From positions 61,010,001 to 61,074,000 of the forward strand of contig CM052816.1 in NCBI GenBank assembly GCA_028534125.1: a stretch of DNA of 64,000 nucleotides. Direction: 5' to 3'. Under the pieces are notes generated by a model. That model did not search any database, had not been told where the DNA came from, and worked only from the letters and a program-made list of their open reading frames with translations. Made by a program: the position numbers and the translations under genes. Below, one piece after another: positions 11,774 to 23,700 of the stretch (the first letter of the stretch is position 1; every line of letters begins with the position of its first letter). Source of the DNA: Lama glama (taxonomy: Eukaryota).

Positions 11774-14700
11774 TATATATAATGGAGGTACTGGGGATTG
11801 AACCCAGGACCTTGTGCATGCTAAGTATGTGCTCTACCACTTGAGCTATCCAGTAAGTCTTGAGAGTTCTGAGGTGAGCTCTACTTTATGTTTGTGTTCT
11901 AGGTACAGTTTATTAGAGGGTTGGGAAAGAGGGGTTACTACCACAAGGTTAAAAAACCAAGTAAGCTTCAATAACTTATCTCTTCCTGTATTACTACTAA
12001 ACTCTCAGCTAGGCAAAGTAGTAACTTTTTTTCTAGACGTAGGACAGGTTTTGTGAAATCCCCTAAGGAAGTTTTTCAAATGTCTACCATGCCATTAGAA
12101 TTAGGTTTAGAGGAGAGTGGAGGAAATGTAGAGGAGCAAATAAAGATCTTCCATCACCCTCCACCATTTTCAACCAATGCTTTCAAGTTTGGAGTCTAAA
12201 TCATGTTGCCCTGTATCCTCAACAAGGCTTTTCCTACTTTTACTGAATTAATTTTCACCTCTAAATTACCAGTGGGCACAACTGGGTAACTGCTCTCATG
12301 TACCCTCCAAGCAATTGTGTGGCAAATTTCTAAACATAAAAAACAGAGCAGTACAATGAACAATGAGATGGCTGCTACTTGCTTCCTATTTACTGAAGTC
12401 CAGGCCTATCTCTGTCAGATAAGAAAGCAGTGGGAGAACAGTCATCTGGGATGTCAACTAGTAATATGATATAACCAAACTCATCTCTTTGTCCAAATTC
12501 ATTATTCCTCCTCAAAATCCAGTTAATGGCATTCCTAACAACCAGTTATTCAAGGCACCAATCTCAAGCTTAATACCTTTCACTCAATGAATGATTATAG
12601 GAATACTCTAATTAGAAGTAAACTTTTATAAAGTCTATTTCAGAACTGCCTCTCAAATTTGTTCCTCTGTCTCAATTCCACTGAAACATTTCTCATTCCA
12701 TTTTGTTCTCTGGACCATTAGACAGCCTCATAACTCAAACAATTTAACCACAGTCTTTTCCTCCTCAAATCCATTTCCACACCATTGCCAGAAATTTATT
12801 TACAAAACATCCATGTTACTCCTTTGCTTAAGAACCTTCCGAATTCCTTAAAGCACACAGTTCAAAGAGCCTCAACAGTATGTACAGAGTTACTGTTGAA
12901 ACAAAATGGATAGATGAGAATGAAGTCACCTAATGCTACAGATGATCAGCTATTTAAACAGCTAACAATTACAGAGGTTCAATGTGAACTGATATAAGGT
13001 ATTATTCATCTTTTAGGCAATGATTTCTGAAAAATTGGACTAAAGGAATTAAAAAAAATAACGATCAATTGAGACTGTATATAGTCAGCTGTTTTTAAAA
13101 AGTCTTATATTCAATAAACAAAGTTAAGATAATTCTTAAGGTAAAATACACTAAGAAATATGAAGCTAAACCTTAAAGAATATGCCCGATACACTTGGGC
13201 CACAGAACTGTGGCACTAACATATCAGTTTTATAGAATAATTTAAAAAAATTATTTAACTCTTTCTAAAAATGAGTATCTATGCATAAAGTTATAAGCTG
13301 AACATGAACATAAGTTATTTTACCAATGACTTCCAAACTACATACGCTAGAGCCACAGACATCTCAGTTCAAATAGGTCAGAAATGCAATTAGGGAAAGT
13401 CAAGAGTGAATGCCATGCCAGAAGTCATCTCAGTCAGTGACAGCGTTAGTCATATAACACGAACTGGGAAAAAAATCTTTTAGGTAAAAGATATATATTT
13501 ACAATACATTTCTGGTTATTCTGTTAACTATATAGTAAATTGTTCTTTTTGTACACATATTTACATAATCAATTATTAATACATGAGGGGAAGGTGGTCA
13601 AAATACTAAACAGAGATAAACATGTATATACATGTATTAACTGTCGTATTTGTGGCACAATCTAAAAGAGACACACACATAAATATGTAAAATGAATGTA
13701 AGCCCATCAGAAAACACTAAGGAGTAAGTGAAAGAAAGAAGTTTATACTATCATCTCATCTGGGTAAGTCTAAACTTGGACGTCTATTCTCACCCAAGGG
13801 AAAACTTCTAGAACATAAGCATATATTCAGTAATTGGAGTATTTTGTTTCACCTTGTTTAAAAAACAAAGTATCAAATTTTTTAAAAGAAAATTAGTAAA
13901 TTCATAAAGAGAATGAAAAATTCATGTTTAATTACCTTTTCTAATTTTTTGGCCTCAATGTGTCGTAGAACTTGTTCTCGCCAATCATGGGGAACTTTAC
14001 TTTTTCCTGGAGGATCTAACAATGAATGCTCAGAACCAACCCTTGCATTTGGTCTTTTTGAAGGACTAGTCCGTGAATAATTGAAATCACTAACTGACAT
14101 AGTTCTCTCTGGTATTTCACTAACAGAGGGTCGAGCACTCTGAGGTCTCGATGCATTTGGACCATCAATGCTGTATGTTCGTGCAGAAAGAGGTCGCTGT
14201 GATCCTGACATCATTGGAGGAGTTCTTCCCACTGAATGTAACTCTCTGTATGATAAATAATCTCCTTCAGGAATTTGAGCCCTCCTCGTGGGACCTGGAT
14301 CACCAAGATTGACAGAGGCTGTGGAGGACACACTACTCTGTCGCTGAATCGTAGTTCGAGTTGCTCCAGGAATGAGTCGGTCATTTGGTGAGATGGCCCA
14401 CATTTCCCCATGTCTTCCTGGACCAAGTCTCTGATGTAAATGGTATCCAGTATTAGCTCGGACGTTGTTATGATTAGAGAAATTCATATTGGCAGAATGT
14501 TTAGCATAACTGTGATTTTCTGTACTCTCTGATCTAGGAAGGCGCTGAGGAGGAAAACTGACATGATCCATTTGGGGGTTTTGTTTGGAGTGCCACAAAG
14601 TGTCCTTAACTGCAGCACTGCTACTGTACTGGATATTATATTGTGGAGGACCATATATTTGAGGTGCAGACTGTGGGCCACTTGTTGTGGGGCCTCTTAT

Positions 14701-17700
14701 TATATTTGGCTCTTCAGGATTATGATTTGAATCAAACTTGAAAATTGCCTTTGTACCTGACATTAAATCAGAAGATGAAGAAGAACCAGTAAATACCTGC
14801 AATGGTTGATCACACAAAAGCGTAGCTGACTTGCTCCTAACTATATTTTTTCCATCAATAGATGTTACTTTACCTGTTGCACTTGGCTGCTGAGGTCCAT
14901 TATCACTAAGAATGTCATAGATTTTTAGCCCTCCGGTCTCCATATTAGTTATGCTATGAGATTTCACAACCGATCCAATCGGCCCACTTCTCTGAGGGGA
15001 GAGATCTTCAGTGCTCTTGGAAAGACCCATATCAACAGAAGAATTGGGATCATGTGGTTCAGTCCTCCTAGGAGACTGTGGAGTTTCCTCAGAATGTCCA
15101 TTCACCTTATTTATGCATTCAAAATTAGGGTACTTATTTCCATTTTCCAAGTGCTCAGCTTCTCCTTTAGCACTGTTGCTTAAAAAGCCTGTTCCAAGAA
15201 CTATATCCTGTGTCTTTGATCTTTCTGCTATCTCAGGTTGAAATGTATCATCATTTACAAGCTTATTAAGATTCATATTGATATGATCTAATTTGTGAGA
15301 TTCATCAGATGTGGCTGTTGAGTCAACACCTTTCTCAATAAGAACTAATCGCTCTTCAATATTCAACTCATATTCAGGTAAGTTAAAATCTTTTTTATCG
15401 GGAACCTTGAAGTTTTCCTCTGTTGAATGATTTAAAATATCTCCATTTTGTAAAAGGCTGTTAAAATTTTCATCTTCTTGCCTAAAACAAAGATAATTTT
15501 ATCACAAACATCATAAACCCCAGTTTTCTTAGTAATGGGGAGCATTACTAGCTCATTAGCTCATTAGCTCGTGTGTAGGTATACAAAGATAAGTGTTGAT
15601 GGGACTCACAGATAAAAGGCATTTATTTATTATCAAGCATGTAATTTTAAAAATATTGTAAGAGTCAAATAATATATATTTATATTAAGTGGAGACAAGT
15701 TAAACACGCTAATTAAAATTTATAGATAAATTTTCATCAATATCAACCACTTCATCACAAATAGGGCTAAACAATGAAAAATATGAGATTATGTAATGAA
15801 ATAATTCTCTTCTATTGCTGCCTCTTTTCATTAATGCACTAAAACGTGAAATCCTTGAAAGATGGGCAGATATATGAAAGAAAAGCCAGTAAGCTAGGCA
15901 CTTGAGTAAAGAGCATGGGATATTACATAAATAATTCCAAAACTTTACATTATTAATCAGAATTAATCATGTTAACTAAGTAGATATTATTACATTCAAA
16001 CATATATATATATATATATATAAGGAAATTATACAAAGAACTAAACAATCGCCCAAGACCTACAAAATATGAAGATCAAAAAAGAAGCTGAATGTAATCA
16101 TTCTATTTGACTACATTGTATTTGGCAAATATTTATAAATGCAGCATTCCAAAATTAGAAGAAATATTTCTACTAGGTGATACGAAAACATATTTGTGTC
16201 CTCTCGTGTAAATATTCGAGTTATGTTTCAACAAATAATCTTTAATATTGATCTTCCCATTAGGTAACAGATAATATTATTAGAAATACACCAAAAAAAG
16301 GTATGGCTATATCCCTTTCTTAGCTTTTATTTCATTACAAAAAAACCATGATTTAAAAAGTACTAAACTATTTCCCTACAGTATCAGTAAAATTTTATTA
16401 CTCAACAAATCAATCACTGTCTTAATATCTAAGGGGGTATAAAATTAATATTTTACCACACTGGATCTCAGCTTCAAATTCAGAGGATATAAATGATTAG
16501 TTATAACTATAACCACATAATAGTTAAGCTTATTTTAAGACATAAAATCCATCTTCTTTTTAAAGCAATGCAAATCAACAACAGAAAAATTTGCCTGAAA
16601 TATGCCTGGAATTTAAGAACAACTTAACTCTAAAAAATAGTTAACAATATTCATACAATAAACTTGGGTTCAGTAGTAACCCAGATCTTTCTTTCAAGCA
16701 CTCTAGCTGATAAATTAACATCAAGGTCAAATGGTAATAGTGTAACTTTGATAACAAAATTTCTTGAGAGCCGTATGACAAAATTGTTTTTACTTCAGCC
16801 AAATTCAAGCCTACAGGAAGTAAACCTTGTTTCAGAGAGTTTGACCTACAAATTTAAGTCTAAGCCAAAGACACAGCACTACACAGAAATATCTGACTGA
16901 ACCCTTTAATGGTATCCCCCAAAGTGACTGCATTTCTAACTCTAAAAATACCCACTTCAACTTGAATCATTCCAAACAGGCTGTTTATACGGTAATGACC
17001 AGAAAAATTATAAAACTGTTCAATCTTTTAATGAAGAGAATTGAGTAGATTTTAAATCTTTTCTCCCTCATTTAAAAGACTAATTTAAAATGGAAATGTA
17101 TAAAAGCTAAATAATTAGCAGTAAAATGGGGAAGAAACCACATAATACCTGAATCATTTGTATATTAATTTGTGAAATCGTTTATGTTTTAGTCCTATAT
17201 ATCTATTTGCCTTACCATCTTTATTTATTATACAAATAAACTGTTTTGTTAAGATGTTCACAAACCTGATTTTGGAATTAATACCAATATGAGTCTGTTT
17301 CACTGGAGAGCACAGTGAGGTATCTTGACTGCTGTCAGTATTTAGAGAAACTGAATCAGACATCCGAGATGGAGAAGAACAGTTGCTGTTATTCTGATTG
17401 CTATTATGTGTAACTTCATCTGATAAAGAATCTGTATCCTTTGTATCATCTGAAACAAAAAAACCTTAGCTTTGATAAAGCCACGAAGAATTCCTAGTGA
17501 TGACGAATGGCATTTTATACTGTCCTGGTTCAATATAGAAGGTAAAGAATTATAAGGATAATAAGATAACCAGAGTGCACTCTCAAAATTCAATTCTAAG
17601 ACATACAAAGTTTAAAAAATTTTAAAAGTGATACCTTTAGTGGTTTTTTTTTTTTAGTGATACCTCGTTTTTTAAAAATATGACCAATGTGAGAGGTACT

Positions 17701-20700
17701 CAGAATTTGTTTAGTTTTAACTACTGACAAGATGATTCCACACATTGTTTTATAAGGTCATCAGTTAGTTTTAGAAAATATGCTTTTCCACACATTTACA
17801 GTGTTAAAAAGTCATAGTACAGTTCACAGTGTTGGTAAACTTATCTGGGGTAGAAATTATTTCATACATGCATGGAATCATTTTCATCTTTTCTGACAAT
17901 CAAAATGAGCAGTGCAGTCAATCAAAGAACAAACACCAAACAATTCAAGAAATTTTCACAAAGTCAATTCTCTTTAGTTTTTAAGTCATTTCAAAGAATG
18001 TATGTAAATAGTGAACTGAGTGAACTCTCAATATGTTAGATGGTTTCATAATAACTGAATAAACAGAAATAGACAATACTCATATTCCATTATAGGTAGG
18101 TAGTATAAAAAGTACTATTTTTTAAGTACTGATAAAAAGATAACTTAAAATCTTTACCACACTAAAAGCTATTTTTAACTCAATTCTAGCCAAATCATAG
18201 GAATACTACATAAAGACACAGTCAAAGGAGATTCTATGAATCAAGGATATTTTTGCTGTTCCAAATATCTCAGTTGAAGTAGTCGATTGTGTCTACACAA
18301 CTGACACAACTGTGCTACACAGCTGAAAACAGTAGCTCCTGGGGCTCTGTAACTTCAACTTTAAGGTATTTGGGTCTTGGATTCTGAATTCTTTTCTTTA
18401 AATTCATTTTTTTGTCTGTTTTGTTTTGGGGGGAGGTAATTAGGTTTATTTATTTTTTATTTATTTTAATGGAGGTATTGGGGAATTGAACCCAGGACCT
18501 TGAGCATACTAAGCACACATTCTACCACTGAGCTATATACCTTCTCCTACCTTGGATTCTGCATGCTTAAAATACTGTTAAGTAATATGGCACTTAAGTT
18601 CTTTCCTAGATATATTCCTCTTCTTCTACCTCCTTATCATGGGACAATTGTGACAATTAGATAATAACATGTAAACTCTTAGTGAGTAACAATTAGGAAG
18701 TACTCAAAAAATATCACTACCATTATTCTTATGAAACTCCAAGCTATCCTTTAAAGACCAACTTGACAGTAAGTTTCATTAATGCCATAAAGGCAAAGGA
18801 TAGATAAATCTCTGGTGGAGATAATGTAGATATGTTCAGGCATTTGGTGGGAAGGACTGAGGGAAGGATAAAAGGAAGTGATGGATACTCTTCAAGTTTT
18901 CTTTCATTTCTAAGAGTCTGAGATTCTGTGGTATGAGTGGCTGGGATAGGGGAGGTGTGTTAAAAAAAAAAAGTTCTGGGATAGACAAGAAAACAAGCAT
19001 CTGCACTACATCAGGTACTGTGCTATATCTGAATACACTGAACAATCCAATACATTTAATATTCACAAAATCCTGCAATAGCCTCTCTGCATGTCTAACT
19101 AGACCTACACACATGGATAAAATTAAGTAGCTCAAAGATCATATAGCAAACAAGTGGAGAGACAGAATCATAATCTAGGCTGATTTGCCTATAAAGTCCA
19201 TGCCTCATAAGTAAACTTGCATGAACGAGGAAAGAGAAAAGATCCACCAAGATTTTTCTTTAAAAACACAAGCAATAAGGAATAGATCTTTTAGAAAGGC
19301 ATGTTTTAGAAATTATTACTAAAAAGTGTTTTAAATAACATGACGACATTTAATGAAATTTATTCTAAAAAATTACTAAATTTTATTCAGGTTATTTCTA
19401 TTCTTAGTGCTTTCCTTTAAATCTAACCTTTTTTGTTATTACTAAGTGCTACCACTTTGGGTTGGTTAATAGAACTTTCAATTAATGGTGGCCGCATCTC
19501 TGCCATTTTCATCTCTTCATCAGAAGACAGTTCTTCAGATTCCTAATTTAAAGAAAAAAGAAGGAAAATATTTATAAAAATAAATTTTGGTTTAAGTGAA
19601 TAAATATTAAGTCCCAAGAATTTCAAAGAGAAAAGAATACTTAGAACACATATAAAACCTTTATTACAGTAATAGTGACTAAAACTAGCACGTGATTTAA
19701 AATTTTCAAGACACTGGAGTAAAAAAACTATGGAAATTATTAACAGTACGCCAAAGTACCTAAGGTATAATTTTCTGTGGTGGTCCTTAATTCAACTGTA
19801 TTAATGATCAGTATGTGCCTGGTACTATGTCAAATGTCAGAGAAACAGAAATGAACAAAACATAATCCCTGCTCATTGAAAAACTCAGTTTAGCAAAGGT
19901 ACTCTAACAAAAAGTCTATTCCTAATTCTCAAACTTATTTCCTCAAGGATCTCTGGGTTCCAAGGAATCACAAGGACTGAGGCGTTCTTCCACCAAGTGA
20001 AATAATGTCAATTTTTGCCCAATCTGAAGACAGAATTTTTAAAATTATTCTACATGATTTTTTTTCTCTGATAATTTGGCAATTGTCTTGGGTTATCTAC
20101 CATTGAGTGCTATTAGACAGAAGAAGAAGGAAAAAGACCCCATGGTCAACAAGTGTTAACAGAAAAATTTTAACACTGTATATATTGTATATAAAAATCA
20201 GATCTTCTATAGGTTAAATTATTCCTAGTTAATATGATGAAAATAAAAGGTCTTAAAAAGGTGTTCTATTAAAAGTACTAAGACTTCTACGTGCTTTATC
20301 TGCCATAATAAATAAGTGGTTTGGAGTCAGAAAACTATCTCAGTTAGAATATCAGACAGTAAATATTTTAACACTTTGCGAGTCAGACAGCCTCTGTTTC
20401 AACCAACCAATTCTGCTACTGTGTATACAAGTAGCCAGAGACAATATGTAAACAAATTACTATGGCTGTGTGCCAGTAAAGCTGGATTTCATCTAATTTT
20501 TCACATTTCACATAATACACTTTTTCTTTTGACTTTTATTCAACCACTTAATAATGTAAAAGCTGTTCTCAGCTTGTAAGCCATACAAAAATAGGCGGTG
20601 GGCCAGATTTGGGCCACAGGCCAGAGTGTGCCAACCCTGTTCAAGATTGTGTTACAAAAGAAAGAGTTAGACTGTTAAGTAGTAGATGAGGGAAAGAATG

Positions 20701-23700
20701 TAAATGGGGTTTAGTCTTCAAAGGTGAGTTAAGAGGGAAATGACATTCTGAGTAGAGGAAAACATGGAAATAAGGTATGGCAAGTCAGCTTCATGCAGCT
20801 GGAACTTGGGATAAAAGAGGCAGGAGAGAGAGAAAAGGTAGACTGCAGGGTAAAAGGTTATGCTCTGGGTACGAGCTCATGTGTTGGCCTGAAAGTTGCC
20901 AAGCCAGGAACTCACAAGATGGGATTAACTTTTAAAATGTAACTCTGGTATTAAAAATGTACAGAAAGAGAAAGAGACTGCTGGAAAGCAATCTAGCTAT
21001 GTAACAGTTCTGAAGAAAAAAGACTCCACCTGTCCTTAGGCAGTGGCAGTGATAGCCAGTAAAGAAAAAAAAGAATCAGACAGAAAATTTGCAATTAACA
21101 AGACTTGACTGACAGAATGAATGCAAAGAATGAGATGACCGGAACGAAGAGGGGCAAATGGTCTATCTTAATCGTTGATACATCTGCAGCATTTAAACTG
21201 CTGACCAAACTTTCTCCTTTGTGAAGCCGTATTATACCTGGGCTTCTTGGAACTTTAGTCTCCTAAACCTCCTCCCACCTTTCTGTTTCCTTGCTCATGT
21301 CAATTAATCTTCTGCAGTTAGTTCATATTTTTTTTCCTTTCTCCGTGATTTTGTTTAATGTAGAAAATTCTCCAATTTATAAGCTAGCTTTGCTTTACCT
21401 TTTGAGCTAACGATCCATATTTCCAACTATTTATTGAATGAGTCTATCTGATGGTCTTTATCAAGTGTTCAAATTCCACATATCTAAAAACAAATTTGTC
21501 CTTCCAAGCCTGTCTGTTCTCTTAATACCACTATTTCTGTTAATGGCATCATCATCCTATTCAGGCATAGTTATGTAATTGTTCCCTCTTCTCTATTCCT
21601 TATAGTCAAGGACAGTCGCATCTAGTATCTGTAATTTTCTTGCAACTAACTTCTAGTCCACGATTTCTACTATTGTTATTCAAAAGCCCTCAAACTTGGG
21701 AGAATTCAGCTGCTGTTGCCAGATACCTCTAATACATAGCTCTATCACAAGTAATGCTCGGCTACAATGTTTTCAGTGGCTCCCTAAATGATATAGTATA
21801 GAACATTAAGTCCAAATGTCTTACCATAGCTTTTAAGGGCTTCAGAATCAGGATCTACTGATTTCATTAGAATTAGTAGAATTCAGAATCTACTCTACTA
21901 ATTTTATTTCATATACTATCACCCCTGACATATTCAGTCAGAGTGAATGTACTCTTTTCCATATTTTCTAAATCCTATTCTTTGGCTCTCATCATTTCTC
22001 ATTATTTCATTAAGTTCTCCAACTTCTACTAATACAAACATTTCAAAACACAGGTAAAATGCCTCCTTCACCTTAAAGCATCCTTAGTTCTTCGTAGCCA
22101 GAAAATCTCTCTTTTCTAAATTGTTGTAGCACCTAATGTTTTTATTAGTACCTTCTTACATACTTAGCACACTCTAACCTTGATTATATTCTATACATTC
22201 ATTTATCCATTCTGCCACCATAGCCCAAAAGCAGGGCCTTACAATATAAATTACACTAAAGCAGTGTTAGTAAGTTCACTGGGACAATCCTAATAACTTT
22301 TTCATAGACTATATTAGGTTCAATGTATATATAACAGTGTATTGAATGATGTGATTCATTTAGTACATTCAAAACCCACGAGTTTTTTCCTGTAGTAGAA
22401 ACTAGCTTACAGGATAACCTTGAAGATAGATGATATACTCTGAATTCTCCAGAATAAAGATGCTATTATAAACCCACAATACCACTCTTTTTATACACCA
22501 GTGCTCTCCAGTATAACTTTCTGTAATGATGGAAATTATCTGTGTAGTTCAACATGGTAGCCACTAACCAACCAAATGTGGCTACCGGGTATCCAAAACA
22601 TAGCTGGTGTAACTTAGCAGCTCAATTTTTAATTTTATTACTTTAAAAAGCCACTTGTACCTAGTGGATACCATAGTGGGCAATACAGCTATAAATAAAA
22701 AACACTTCAGAATTGCATTTTCAAAGGTTATAGCTTTACCATTTTACATTACCTCCAGCAGTGTACGAGGGGAAGGTAAAAGGGTACAATCACTTTTGGA
22801 AAACTGTCTGGCAGTTTCTCAAACACTTAAACATAGACTCACTATGATCCATAGAGTTTTCTCTGACCTAGCAATTCTACTGAGGAATACACCCATGAGA
22901 AAAGAAAATATACATCCACACAAAAACTTGTATACAAATATTCAAAGAAGTCTTATTCATTACAGCCAAAATGTGGAAATAAATCAAACGTTCATTATTG
23001 GTGATTACAATGGAATATTGTTCAGATATTTAAAAAATGGATGAAGTACTGATACATGCTACAACATGGATAACCTTGATGACATTACACTAAGTGAGAA
23101 AAGCAGTCACAAAGACCACATATTGTATGATAACATTTATATTAAATGTGATACAACACTGTAAACTGACTATACATCTATAAAAACAAAAACATTTACA
23201 TGAAACGCCAAGAAGAGCCAAACCTATGGAGGCAGATAAAGCAGATTACTAGTTGTCTAGGATTGCAGGGTAGGGGGTTGGAGAAGTTGCAGGGAGACAA
23301 CTGAGAAAGTACAGGCTTTCTTTTCAGGGTAATGAAAATGTCATAAAACTGACTGTGGTGAGGGCTGCACAACTTTCAGTATACTAAAAGCCATTAAACT
23401 GTACCTCTTATTTAAATGGGTGAATAATATAGTATATGAGTTATATCTCAATAAAGCTGTTTTTTTTTAAGTTAGTTTTTATTGATCCACCAGAAAAATC
23501 TCTTTAAAAAAAAGTCTCAAGATAGTCAGGAAAAAAATACTTCACAATCAATGATAAATGCTTAAATAAGTCAAATAATTAAAGTACACCTATGGCAACC
23601 TTTTCATTTTCTTTTTTCATTTTTAAGTTGTAGAAATAAAAGCAATTGCTATTCTGTAGTTTACAGAATTAGAAAAGAACTGCCACAAACCAATTTATAC

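Noticed and set aside
11780..11853. tRNA genes at the A-box/B-box elements
   Set aside because: Seven diverged copies with A-rich tails, six with target-site duplications, identify them as tRNA-derived SINEs, not functional tRNAs.
11592..12056. Overlapping short ORFs with CVCV/THTH repeats (also 51905..52132, 36402..36638, 63216..63470)
   Set aside because: Translations of SINE, microsatellite or LTR sequence.
14211..15241. Alternative-frame and antisense ORFs inside the large exon
   Set aside because: Short (65-76 aa) shadow ORFs expected in coding sequence, with no independent signals.
13882..15366. 494-aa ORF as a stand-alone gene
   Set aside because: It is the large internal ERBIN exon; the TTG start is an internal Leu, and the tail after LEK is intron read-through.
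15549..15570. (tagctcat)x~3 near the large exon acceptor as a regulatory array
   Set aside because: Most simply replication slippage; too short to support a function.
22655..23044. 129-aa plus-strand ORF
   Set aside because: Chance ORF across a MER3-like element and a decayed L1 ORF2 C-terminal remnant.
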